From contig NC_043009.1 in NCBI RefSeq assembly GCF_006345805.1, positions 44,640,001 to 44,704,000 on the forward strand: a DNA stretch of 64,000 nt, in the 5' to 3' direction. Under the pieces are notes generated by a model. The model was not told the DNA's origin and did no database searches. It saw only the letters and a program-made list of their open reading frames with translations. A program made the position numbers and the translations under genes. The stretch's first letter is position 1. Each line of letters starts with the position of its first letter. This document shows positions 12,616 through 24,919 of the stretch, one piece after another. The stretch is from Octopus sinensis (lineage: Eukaryota).

Positions 12616-15600
12616 ATGTGTGTGGGAGGGTTGAACAAACTGTTAGGTAAGACTTGAAGTCCCAGTCAACTTGATTTTCCCAATAAATTAGGTGCAGGAG
12701 TGGCTGTGTGGTAAGTAGCTTGCTTACCAACCACATGGTTCCAGGTTCAGTCCCACTGCATGGCACCTTGGGCAAGTGTCTTCCACTATAGCCTCAGGCC
12801 AACCAAAGCCTTGTGATTGGATTTGGTAGACGGAAACTGAAAGAAGCCTGTCATATATATGTATATGTATATATGTACATGTGTTTGTGTGTCTGTATTT
12901 GTCCCCCCCAACTCAACATCGCTTGACAACTGATGCTGGTGTGTTTACATCCCCATAACTTAGAGGTTCGGCAAAAGAGACCGATAGAATAAGTACTAGG
13001 CTTACAAAGAATAAGTCCTGGGGTCGATTTGCTCAACTAAAGGCGGTGCTCCAGCATGGCCGCAATAAAATGACTGAAACAAGTAAAAGAGTTAAAGAGT
13101 CTCGCTATAGCATCCTGCCATCAGTAAATGTTTTTATCATTATTTTTATAATAATAATAAAATAATAATCCTCTCTACTAAAGGTACAAGGCCAGAAATT
13201 TGGAAGAGCGGGACTAGTCAAATATATTGACCCCCAGTATTTTACTGGTACTTAATTTACCGACCCTGAAAGGATAAAAGGCAAAGTCAGTCTTAGCAGA
13301 ATTTGAACTCAGAACATAGTGATGGGCGAAATACTGCTAAGCATTCTGCCTGGCGTGCTAATGATTCTGCCAGCTTGCCACCTGAATAATAATAATAATA
13401 ATAATAATACCGATAATTTAACATGCATATGTGTGTACAACTTTCCATCGACTAGTTTCTATGTCATCAATCACTAATTTCACTCCTTCAAGTCAGACTC
13501 ATCACAGGGTCCACAAATTCTAGAAAAATAAAAACACCAACACCATTCACATCTTCTGGATGATCTTGTATAGATTTGTCAAATCAACTTTGCTAACGAA
13601 CTTCTGCCTGTGCCCTCTCTTCACCTCTCCTTCACAACTTCCATATGTTGTTTGGCTACTGCACATAACATATGTCCCCTCTTCTTTTGATTGGTATATT
13701 ACCACTTTCCCTGATCTCCGTCATTGTCCTTACATTCCACATCCAAATCTTCACAAGGGACATCAGGCATTTGGCCATCTTAAATGAACTAAATTCACCT
13801 AGAGTTGTGATGAGAGGGGTCAGGATCGCCTCTATACCATGGGGTACTTTGGGCTACATGTCACCCTTATCTAATTGATTATATATTTCTTTATTACCCA
13901 CAAGGGGCTAAACACAGAGGGGACAAACAAGGACAGATAAACGGATTAAGTCGATTATATCGACTCCAGTGCGTAACTGTTACTTAATTTATCGACCCCG
14001 AAAGGATGAAAGGCAAAGTCGACCTCGGCGGAATTTGAATCCAGAACGTAACGGCAGACGAAATACGGCTACGCATTTCTTCCGGCGTGCTAACGTTTCT
14101 GCCAGCTCGCCGCCTTAATCTAATTAATTATAGTCACCATGGGGTCCTTTTTAATGCAGTTTTATGGTCAGAAGTCCTTCTTGATGGTAACCCTTTTAGT
14201 CACTTCTTAATACATGGGATATGGTGTCATCATCATCATCATTCTTTTAACATCTACTTTTCAATGTTTGCATGGAATTCATATAGAATTCAATGAAGCA
14301 GGTCTTCTATGGCTGGGTGCCCCTCCTGTCACCAACCCTTACCTGTTTTGTTTTAAAGCAAGATATTTCCCCATGGCCAGACATGTTTGCTACAAAAGAC
14401 TGGAAGTGGACAACATCATTTCTAGGATAGTGGTGCTTGTTTGCAACCATCATGTTATATCTAGACAAGGGCATGCACATGCACACACACACACAAACAC
14501 AGAGGGGAGGAGTGGCTTCTTTCAGTTTTCATCTACTGAATTCACTCCAGAGAGTGCAAGTGCACCCCCTAAAACTTTTTGGCATGCAAAATCTAAGTTT
14601 GCACTCCTACTTATTTTTCTCTTGTTTAGAGAACAGTGAGTAAAAAGTGATCTGTAAAAATTGGATTGAAGTTAGGTTACTTCACAAAGAACAAAAAAAA
14701 ACAAGAAAACTTTGTAAAAAATTTTGGATCTGGGTTTTCACCCTCGAAGCAAATTTTATTCCTGAGCCAGTGCACAAGGCTTTTTGTCAGTTCAGGGCTA
14801 TAGCAGAAGACACTTTCCCGAAGTGCCACACAGAGGGATTGAACTTGAAAATACATGACAAGTTTCTGAACCACACAGCTACACTAGTGCCTATAATCCT
14901 AAATACATGAATTGCTGAACAAGAACAATAAGCAATCACAAAGTGTGTGCCCTCATTCCAAAGTGCTGTTTGCCTGGAGGTGTTAACCTTATTAGAATAC
15001 ATCAAAACATGATAAGAGAAATTATTTCAATCAACAAGTGATTTATTGAATTAATTAATGTTCATTGTATTTGGATCTGGTCAAAGTGTGCTACAGAAAA
15101 GAGGCCATACATGAAAACAGCACCCTTGGCTTGCTAAAAATAGCAGCCAAATTCCTCTAACGTCATACTCAATTACCTTAAAAATGAGAAGGAAACATTA
15201 TATGTTACAGTTTTACATAAGCCCTAAAGAGACATGATAGTAGTAATAGAAAAGGTAGAGAGAGGAAACGGCACACCTGTGATCCAGTGGCTGGATCATG
15301 TCTGAGCAGTATGCACATAGGCATGCACAGATGTATTTTGTATTGCTCTACTCTTTTGAGACTTGGGGTGTCCACCACAGACATGCCAAAATTCTAGAGT
15401 ATTTTTTATCAACAATGCCTTTGTAATAATATTCTAGGTGTTCACATATGTGATTCTGAAGTATGTCAAAATGCTAACGCTCTCATCATTGGAGCTCACA
15501 CCTATAAACACAGATTCTGCTATGCAGGCTATTTTATTTGTTCAGACGGCAGTAGAATCCCCAAACAAATTTTATATTATGAGCTAGCATCTGGTATGAG

Positions 15601-15760
15601 ACCACAGAATGAGCCAAAATTGTATTTTAAGGATTATGTCAAGACTGAAATTTCAGTGCTAGACAGAAATAATTGACATGCAAAAATAACCAATGACATC
15701 AGGAAGTTTCAGAAATCTACATAAGAATGGGTTTGTAGTGACGCTACTGTGTAAGTTTCA

Positions 15761-15826
15761 GCGCACATGCGCAGAATTGGATTACTTCCGGTTGGCCACC
15801 GGATGTTTTCCTCATGCGCATGTGCA
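15761..15826. promoter_or_regulatory. Intronic promoter-like motif cluster: two inverted NRF1-type sites flanking ETS sites and a CCAAT box
   Basis: GCGCACATGCGCA (15761), ATTGG (15776), ACTTCCGG (15784), CCGGATG (15799), TGCGCATGTGC (15815), followed by a CpG-rich stretch to about 16010. Confidence 0.6.
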
Positions 15827-17221
15827 GGAACTGAAACCTAAAAGCCTGACCGCTAAATCGGTCTTTCTGGCATGAGCAGCGCTAGCGGTCGGACGTGGCT
15901 TGACTTTCACTCAGAGAACCTCACCCCAATGAAGCGGGAGCAAACCGACGAATCGTCTTGACTCGCAACAAGAAAGCATCGCAACCAGTCCTGCGGATTC
16001 GGCTGCCAGGAAAAGAGTATCTGTTGGTCCAACAGTCTAACAGTTGCTGTGTAATGAATGTAGACAATTTTTCCTCTCCAGAGTTGGCCTCACAAGTTAC
16101 CAATGCAAATGCAATGAAATGCCTAAAGTTGAATACAACCAATTTCAAGCAACTAATCACATATGTGTCTATGTGGTAGGGAACTTTCATATGGGTTCAT
16201 AAAACATATGAAAGGACACCAAGTGCTGTACCAAAAGAGTACTCAGTTACAACACATGAACATGAATTCAATATCTGCAACATAAAATGCAGGTCACTTA
16301 CAGGCTTTAAAAGCCACTGTAGGTCACATGGTCACCGAAAAGAATAGAAATAAGATGATTTGTCAATGATGGTCATACTTGTCTAACAAGACAACTGTGT
16401 GTGCATGTGTCTGTGTGTTGCTTTTGCATTTGTGTTCTAAAAAAAAACCCACAAGTTATGTGTGGTGGTGTTGTCACATTTACTCATCAAAAAATTGGCT
16501 GTACAACAATGTTTCAATGATATATAAATCTAAACCACACTAGCGTGTAAAAACAGATGTAAAAACAAATGAATGAATGAAAGAACCAATAAAGTTATGT
16601 CAATAAATTTGATAAAACACAGTGATAACAGATGTTATCACTCTGAATCAATACTGAGAGACATCTGTGGTATACCGCAAAATAAAATTACTCAGAGTAA
16701 GCAACCCCCAAAAAATATCAATGACCTAATCTTATTTTTCTTTACCTTCTTCCATCAAACTGAGATTCACCACTGACCATGTTTCCATCCACCACATTCA
16801 TCTCTGTCCTCATCTCTAGCCCTTTCTCTACTCCCTCCGCACACTCTTCCAAACCTACTCATCCAGTCATCTTTGGTTTTCTGTCCCTATTCTCACTTAT
16901 CCATTTTCATGTATGTTAAGGGTTACATCTTGACCACACATTGCCACCATTCTTTCTCCCTCTACTGCTAAGGTAGCCATGTATCCTATGATATCCTCTC
17001 GACACCTGGCATAACTCCACCTCTCTCAATACTGAACCCCAACTCAGTCGAGTAGTCTTTTCTTGTGAGTTACTTGGTGACCTCACTAGTGTCAGTGGTG
17101 AATAAAAAAAAAAGTCACTTTGTACATTTTGTAAAGCGGTTGACATCAGGAAGGGCATCCAGCTATAAAAATCATGCCAAAGCAGACAATATCATGCTCT
17201 GGTTCATCAGATTCTGTTTAA

Positions 17222-17442
17222 CCCTTTAGCATTTAAACCGGCCATATCCGGCCAAAAGTATTCTGCCTGTTTTATGTTCAAACTGGCCAGATCTGGTCTC
17301 TCACAACAACCCTACAATATCATCTTAAAAATGAACAGCTACCTCATCAAAATCTCATAGCTCCAAGATAATGCATGATTAATTCAAAACAATTTGGATG
17401 AAAAAGGATTAATTTTGGCAGAATAATGTGAACACTAAAGGG
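17222..17442. mobile_element. piggyBac-type MITE
   Basis: TTAA|CCCTTTAG ... CTAAAGGG|TTAA (TTAA TSD). A partial reverse copy lies at about 21636-21822. Confidence 0.85.
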
Positions 17443-17866
17443 TTAAACTATCCAAGAAAAAAAAATCCATGACAAAGAGGAAAATGGTTGTTAAACGATA
17501 ATGATGATGCTGATATATCATTGTTATCCTCATCGTTTAAATGTCCAATTTTCCAAGCTTGCACCAATCTGATATAATTCACGGAGGCAGATGTTCTACA
17601 GCCAGACATGTTTTCATAGAAGACTGACTGTAAGGGACACACCTTGTTTGATGGCGACACTCATTTGTAACTTGTAGTACATTGGAATTCAACACAGTCC
17701 TCAGGCTTGTTGGATCCCTGTTGAACCATCTAATTCATATGCCAGCATGGAATTTTTTTTTTTGGACGTTAAATGATGATGACCATAATGATGATGATGA
17801 TGGTAGTGATGATGATGGTGAAGGAGAAAGATATCAAATTTGTTACAGTAAAAGCCAATGTCTTAC

Positions 17867-17966
17867 CTTGAACTGAGCCAACCCATCAACAGACTGGTTG
17901 TAGCCCAAATACACAACCCCAAACTGAGACCAATAGTTTTCAGTATTGTTACAACACACAGATTTC
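17867..17966 (-). CDS. TMEM144: TMEM144 coding exon 3 (NLCVVTILKTIGLSLGLCIWATTSLLMGWLSS)
   Basis: Acceptor TTCTTTAG, donor AG|GTAAGA, 100 nt, phase 1-2; matches [32 protein letters not shown]. Not in the ORF track in this frame; translated by hand. Confidence 0.92.
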
Positions 17967-19290
17967 CTAAAGAAACAGACAAAAGTCAACAAAAAAATAA
18001 TGTTTCTAATATTGACACAATGCAAAGAAAGAGATATATACAAAAAAACAGACACATATGCATACATACATGGATATGTACATATACACACACACACACC
18101 TATATACATACGAACACACATATACATTCAAATAGACACAGACATACATACATGTATACATGCATACGCAAACACACACACATACATATGTACATGCAAA
18201 ATTACATACATGCAAATATACACCTATGTTGAACTATTGAGAAATTTACTGTTTCTCCACTTGGGACTACCAGTTTAGATTTAATACCTGTAATTATTGG
18301 GGCACTTCAATATATAACCAACTACCTCAGGATCAATCTTGAGAAATTAGGGTTCCCAAAACCAGAAACGAAAAAGCTAATTAAAAGACTACAGATACAA
18401 GCCCTCAACGGAGCTATATGTAAAACTTTCTAAAAGTTTAGCATATAAGTACGTATGAACATGTCTAGACATGCAGCTATATGTAAACATAAGTACATAT
18501 GCACATGTCTAGATATGTAGTTATATGTACACATGCATAAAACGAATACAGATGTATACATGTACTCTCTCTCTTTTACTCTTTTACTTGTTTCAGTCAT
18601 TTGACTGCGGCCATGCTGGAGCACTGCCTTTAATCGAGCAACTCGACCACGGGACTTATTCTTTTGTAAGCCCAGTACTTATTCTATCGATCTCTTTTGC
18701 CGAACTGCTAAGTAACGGGGACATAAACACACCAGCATCGGTTGTCAAGCAATGCTAGGGGGACAAACACACTCACACAAACACACACACGCATATATAT
18801 ATATATATATATATATACATGATGGGCTTCTTTCAGTTTCCGTCTACCAAATCCACTCACAAGGCTTTGGTCAGCCCGAGGCTATAGTAGAAGACACTTG
18901 CCCAAGGTGCCACGCAGTGGGACTGAACCCGGAACCATGTGGTTGGTAAACAAGCTACTTACCACACAGCCACTCCTGTACTGATGCCAAATACTTGCAC
19001 ATATAAACACATATGCACAACAACCCTGTTGCTGTTGAATTTCCAATGAAGGAACCTTGGATCTAAGTTAGAAACTAGCTCTTTCCCCATTGGCAAGAAA
19101 TCTAGAAATAAGCCTAAATCATAGCAAGTAGGCAGGCATGCATGCAAACATACATACATACATACATACATACCATATGATTCTCTCTATTGTGTTAATG
19201 TATGAGTTAAATACATATATATCCTTAATCTATTTCGGTGTTCAATATAATAAAGAACGGCTTAGTAGATAACTGTATAGTTAGAATATA

Positions 19291-19509
19291 TATTTCTTTA
19301 CTGCCCACAAGGGGCTAAACACAGAGGGGACAAACAAGGACAGACAAAGGGATTAAGTCGACTACATCGACCCCAGTGCGTAACTGGTACTTAATTTATC
19401 GACCCCGAAAGGATGAAAGGCAAAGTCGACCTCGGCGGAATTTGAACTCGGAACGTAACGACAGACGAATTTCGCCCGGCGTGCTAACGTTTCAACCAGC
19501 TCGCCGCCT
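19291..19509 (-). mobile_element. SINE family B with tail type 1, representative copy
   Basis: Head GGCGGCGAGCTGG...CGTTAGCACGCCGGGCGAAA, B box GAGTTC(A/C)AAATTCC, core GCCTTTCATCCTTTCGGGGTCGATAAATTAAGTACCAG, tail TTTGTCTGTCCTTGTTTGTCCCCTCTGTGTTTAGCCCCTTGTGGGCAGTAAAGAAATA. Other copies: 873-1108-, 12097-12325-, 13882-14116-, 38797-39208- (two), 60870-61092+. Confidence 0.85.
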
Positions 19510-19918
19510 AGTATAGTTAGAATATAGTTCAGATAAATATAATAGAGTACAATATTAAACAGTACAATATAGTATAGTTTAGTGAAATATAGTAGACATG
19601 TTCATAGCATACTTAAAAAGTGTTATGATAATCTACATTTAGAAACAGATATGACAGAAAAAAAACAGGTATAAAATAAACAATTTATAAACATCAATAG
19701 GCAAAAATACTAACACTTCCACAGTTAACTTGCTAGAAATAGAAGCCAGGTATTTCTCAAATCACAAACTATTATGTGAGAAAAAAATGAAGGACATATT
19801 GGTGAATGTAGTCCTGGATACATTTATATATCTGAAAAACAAGATGTCTAGAAGTTCTTTAATCATAAATCTACTGAATCAGGAGACAATGACAATGAAA
19901 GAGGCAGAAGATGATCAC

Positions 19919-20038
19919 CTGTTGCCCAAATGACGCCGCCAACCATTGCCAAAGGGTAAAAGACACTCTGTTTGTACATGTTGATGACAAGTCCGACAAG
20001 GAATATACCAGAACTTAATACCCATTGGAAAAACATTC
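19919..20038 (-). CDS. TMEM144: TMEM144 coding exon 2 (MFFQWVLSSGIFLVGLVINMYKQSVFYPLAMVGGVIWAT)
   Basis: Acceptor TTTCCAG, donor G|GTGATC, 120 nt, phase 1-1; matches MFLQWVLC...FWPFAMLGGCIWATG. Confidence 0.92.
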
Positions 20039-20753
20039 CTGGAAAGAGAGAAAACAGTTTATAATCTGTAGAATTTAGTGTTTGTAAAGAAACATTTTGC
20101 ATAAATGAAAATGCATGTCAGGCCTTTAAGGGTCATTTAAGGGCTGATTCTTTGTGCAGGTTTTAAGATATTGGGTAGATGGGGGTTGAATTTCTCCTTG
20201 AATAGGGTATGGTCTGTCTCATTTATCTGATACTTTTTCTGAATGTATCCCATCATTTGAACAAAAGGACAAATAACTGCAATTTTTGTCCTTGGATAGT
20301 AATAGATAACTGATATTTCCTATTTGTTTATCTCTAGAAAGTATGAAAAATGACTATTTCCTTCAAACTTTGCTTTTGTTACATTTATTCAAACCCTAAA
20401 GAATCCCTCTCAACACATGGCTATGATGCTGCCCCACTACTGCTCATGATCAGAGATGCACATATTGTCAGCCACTAAGAGACATGCTCGAGTGGATAAG
20501 GTCAAGCAACAGACAAACAAATCTGTGGTATTGAGCAGAATACTTGCTATAATGACATTTTTTGCTTCAGCAACTCAGCACTGAATCTGTCTGAAAAGTA
20601 ATGAAAAATAGGTCAGTTTCAAAAATGGATGACCAGGTCACAAAAACAAAGTTTGAAGGGAATAGTAGTCGTTTCCTTTGATTTCTGGATAGAAGCAAAT
20701 AGAAAATAACACTTACAGACCAAAAAAAAAAAAAAGTTACACAGTGTTACACA

Positions 20754-21166
20754 GGCGCAGGAGTGGCTGTGTGGTAAGTAGCTTGCTAACCAACCACATG
20801 GTTCCGGGTTCAGTCCCACTGTGTGGCACCTTGGGCAAGTGTCTTCTACTATAGCCTTGAGCCGACCAATGCCTTGTGAGTGGATTTGGTAGACGGAAAC
20901 TGAAAGAAACCTGTCGTATATATGTATATATATATATATGTGTGTGTGAGTGTGTCTGTGTTTGTCCCCCTAGCATTGCTTGACAACCGATGCTGGTGTG
21001 TTTACGTCCCCGTCACTTAGCAGTTCGGCAAAAAGAGACCGATAGAATAAGTACTGGGCTTACAAAAGAATAAGTCCCGGGGTCGAGTTGCTCGATTAAA
21101 AGGCGGTGCTCCAGCATGGCCGCAGTCAAATGACTGAAACAAGTAAAAGAGTAAAGAGTAAAAGAG
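20754..21166 (+). mobile_element. SINE family A (tRNA head, CORE-like segment, internal TA/TG microsatellite, CR1-like tail), representative full copy
   Basis: A box TGGCTGTGTGG, B box GGTTCAGTCCC, ACCTTGGGCAAGT, tail GGCGGTGCTCCAGCATGGCCGCAGTCAAATGACTGAAAC with (GTAAAAGA)n. Other copies: 3809-4290+, 12691-13100+, 18571-18978-, 22232-22605+, 30214-30577+, 30589-30927-, 32822-33190-, 41233-41643+, 41810-42092-, 45733-46476- (interrupted), 54987-55338-, 56136-56452-, 58612-58778-, 59979-60338-. Confidence 0.88.
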
Positions 21167-22714
21167 TGTAATTAAACATAAATATCACCAGTGCATTGAA
21201 GAATGGGGGTGTTAAGGGTGTGGTGCACAGCTTCTTCTTGTTGGTATTTAACAAATGGAAAGACAGAATATCAATATGTGTTTGTCATTATCAGCTGAAA
21301 TTAATCTGGAATATATTTACAGCATTTCTTAATGTCTTTTGTCAGGATCCTTAATTCTTGACAGTGTCTCAAGTGAACTGAGACTTCAGCTAGAATTGAA
21401 GGTCCTACCAAAATACATAAAGAATTAGGTTCAATCAATTTGAACTCAAGACTTATGGACTTGCAGTTCAACATTTTTATACAGTATATATGAAAGAATA
21501 GCGCAACAGTGAGGTCTGAGTCCTAGAAGGCAATATTTCTTTTTTTTTTTATTGTTTAGTTAGATGAAGAAGGAGAACATTCTTGACCCTTTTAAGATGG
21601 GTGGGAGGAAGGGAAGAAGTTATACTCAAATTTAACCCTTTAACATTCACACTATTCTGTCAAAAGTAATACCTGTTTATTCAATTTATTGTAGCTTTGC
21701 AATTTTAATGAGTTAACTGTTAATTTTTAAAATGATATTGCAGGGTTGGTGTGAGAGGCCTGATATAGCCAGTTTGAACATAAAACAGGTCAAATATTTT
21801 GGCTGGATATAGTTGGTTAAAACTGGGCCAGAATGTACTCTGCTAAAGTACATGGTACAGGTGGTTATATTAAACCAAACATCAGATGAAATATACCACC
21901 CAGGAACTTGTACAGTCCCTTTAACAGGCTTCTGTACAAATTCTATCTATTAAATTTCATTCACAAGACTTTGGTTGACTCAAATCTACAGAAGAAAACA
22001 GTTACCTAGAATGGGACTGAACTCAAAGCCATACAGTTGCAAAGCAAATTTTTTAACTACACATCTACTGTGGATATTATAATAAAACACCTTCACTATT
22101 TTACTCAACATCACCTTCATGCTTAAATGTTGCCTTATTTACTACACATGCAAAAACACAGATGGTTTTTGCCCTTTCTATGATTCTTTGGTTCTCCTGG
22201 ATCCTCATCCCACCCCAAAGATAGTTTTGACAGGCTGTGTGTTAAGAAGCTTGCTTCCCAATGACATTGTCATGGGTTCAGTCCCACTGTGTGGAACCTT
22301 GGGAGAATGTCTTTAGCCTTGGGCTGACCAAAGCCTTGTGAGTGAATTTGGTAGATGGAAACTGAAAGAAGCCTGTCGCATACACACACACACACATATA
22401 CACAGACACATATCTGTATGTGTATGTGTGTGTGTCTGTGCTTGTCTGCCACTACTGCTTGACAATCAGTGCTGATGTGTTTATGTCCCTGTAACTTAGT
22501 GGTTCAGCAAAAGAGAAGGATAAAGTACTAAGCATAAAAAAATAAAAATACGTACTGGGGTCAAGTCATGACTGAAACCAGTAAAAGAACAAAGATAAAA
22601 GATAGATCAATAAATAAAAATCTGGATCAATAAATTCATAATTTTTAAAAAATCAATTTATTTTTTTATGCTTAGTACTTTATCATTCTCTATCAGCTGT
22701 CCTCATTCATATGT

Positions 22715-23100
22715 GGATGGAAGCACTCCGTCGGTTACGACGACGAGGGTTCCGGTTGATCCGAATCAATGGAACAGCCTGCTCGTGAAATTAACGTGTA
22801 AGTGGCTGAGCACTCCACAGACACATGTACCCTTAACGTAGTTCTCGGGGATATTCAGCGTGACACAGAGTGTGACAAGGCCGGCCCTTTGAAATACAGG
22901 TACAACAGAAACAGGAAGTAAGAGTGAGAGAAAGTTGTGGTGAAAGAGTACAGCAGGGATCACCACCATCCCCTGCCGGAGCCGCGTGGAGCTTTAGGTG
23001 TTTTCGCTCAATAAACACTCACAACACCCAGCCTGGGAATCGAAACCACGATCCTATGACCGCGAGTCCGCTGCCCTAACCACTGGGCCATTGCGCCTCC
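22715..23100 (-). mobile_element. Full-length tRNA-headed SINE sharing its 3' body with family D
   Basis: A box TGGCCCAGTGG, B box GTTTCGATTCC; TSD TCATTCATATGT (22703-22714 and 23101-23112). Confidence 0.88.
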
Positions 23101-23449
23101 TCATTCATATGTAACACTGCGCACAATAATGTAATAACTATCTGCGGCATGCCCTGACAATGCATACACAGGAATAAATTCAAATATGAATCAGAAGCAG
23201 AACAAGTCTTGTAAACATTATCAAACACACATACTTAATGGATGTGCTTTGCTTTTTCACAGGTAGGGTACGATTTGATGTAACGGAGATGATTTTTCTC
23301 TCAAACCAGCAGGTGTTAAAATAATTAGACATCAAAAACTGTCTCACCTGTTTCTGAGTTTCAAGTGTTTTAACACCTGATGCTTTGAGAAAGTCATCCC
23401 CACCACATCAAATCACAGCCTACCAGTGAACAAGCAAAGCACATACATT

Positions 23450-23770
23450 GTGCGTATGGGTTAGACCCTTTCAGTCATGAATGATCATGGGATTGCACCA
23501 ACAAGGTTACCATCCATGGCACAAGTCCAAGCAAGATTGTTTATGGAAGACCAGCAGTTGCCCATTCATACCAGCCTCCCCTCTCCATGCCACCGATGTT
23601 ATACAGTTTGGCACCAGTGACATCACGACTCATTTCTACAGCTGAGTGAACTGGAGCAACATGAAATAAAGTGACTTGCTCCAGAGCACAACACACAGCC
23701 CAGGCTGGGAATCGAACTCACTACCTCATGACTGTGAGCCTGACACTCTGACCACTGAGCCATGTGCCTT
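23450..23770 (-). mobile_element. Older SINE with a family-D head/core and a different 3' part
   Basis: Shares GAGTTCGATTCCC...GAGCAAG...CTTTATTTCA(C/T)GTTGCTCCAGT(C/T)CACTCAGCTG with 31130-31258, then diverges. A further decayed copy lies at 5660-5800+. Confidence 0.65.
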
Positions 23771-24517
23771 CTATCTATCTATCTATATATATATATCAAC
23801 AGAAAGAACATAACATGGAGAAAATGGAATACTAGACAAAAACTTAATAGGCAGGAAATTTAGACAAAGACATGATACACGGAATATTCACAGCTGAGTT
23901 TTCCTCATCAGTCAGTGACATGAAAATATCATAGTGGTTTTGTGCCATTAACATTGAGACCACTCAATTTTGGAGACACCAGTGCTGTTATTAAGCTACT
24001 GGGAAAAAGTTAGCAAATGTATATTAAGATATAAACAAACAAGATATTATACAACAGACAAAGAATTATGTATATATAACAGCATGAAGCTTTACAGCTA
24101 TATACAACAGAAGAAAAATAATAATTATATATATACCACAAATACAAAAGAAAGAGCTTTGCAGCTATTGAATGAATTTAGTGGGGTTGTGCAAAGATGA
24201 AATGGAGTAAGTCCTAGTGGATGTAGCAGGAGCTCAGACCGGTCTGGTCAAAGGCAAAGCGAAAAAGAACAACACAGCCTTCACTGGACACTGGTCATGT
24301 GGTACAGAAGTGGAAGTATTAAGAGGGAAAGAATGGGAGACAGATAGGTAGAACAAAGGAGTGGAGGGATTGGAGAAACAGAGTGAAAGAGAGAGAAGAG
24401 AAGAGAATGGTATAGGTGTACATGATGGGCTTCTGTATAATTTCCATCTACCAAATACATTTACAAGACATAGGAAAAAATTTTTTAAAAAATATTAATA
24501 GATAGATGAAGTCTTAC

Positions 24518-24695
24518 CATCACCCGTTTCAAATTGTTTAACAGGTACAAAGTTGCTACCATAAAAGATGACAGATATTGCTGAAGATATGTATCCAGCA
24601 GACACTGAAAAGTTCGTGTTTGATGTATTATTAGCACCTTCTGTGAGAGTGAGCATTGGCATCAATGCTAAAACTGGGAAGAGTAACTGCATCAT
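24518..24695 (-). CDS. TMEM144: Transmembrane protein 144 homologue, first coding exon (MMQLLFPVLALMPMLTLTEGANNTSNTNFSVSAGYISSAISVIFYGSNFVPVKQFETGD-G)
   Basis: GYISSAISVIFYGSNFVPVKQFETGDG matches the recalled TMEM144 N-terminal motif (human [27 protein letters not shown]). ATG at 24695; phase-1 donor G|GTAAGA at 24518. Confidence 0.92.
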
Positions 24696-24919
24696 CACTG
24701 GTTCTCTCTAGAGGAATACTGTACTGGAAATATAGTAGACATAGAATATTAAAACACGCACAGAACTACTGACACAGCTATACATAGAGATACATTGAAT
24801 ATATAGACATACATATTTATTGACACATATACACATACAAATATATCATGCAGCCACATCAACCATACTGACATATACACAACACACACACACAAACATA
24901 TTTCATAATTTTGAAATAT

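Noticed and set aside
15826-16258. Telomerase RNA hypothesis for the intronic island (short words resembling human TR: TGACTTTCA, GAGCAAAC, AGAGTTGGCCTC as a P6.1-like element, ACACATG, about 430 nt)
   Set aside because: No CCCTAA-type template for TTAGGG (only AACCTAA), I could not build the P3 pseudoknot or a convincing H/ACA domain by hand, and matches this short are expected by chance. A covariance-model search would be needed to revive it.
23030-23100. tRNA-like sequence with A and B boxes (also 31190-31258 and 31515-31588)
   Set aside because: These are SINE heads: no complete cloverleaf, and each continues into a SINE body flanked by TSDs.
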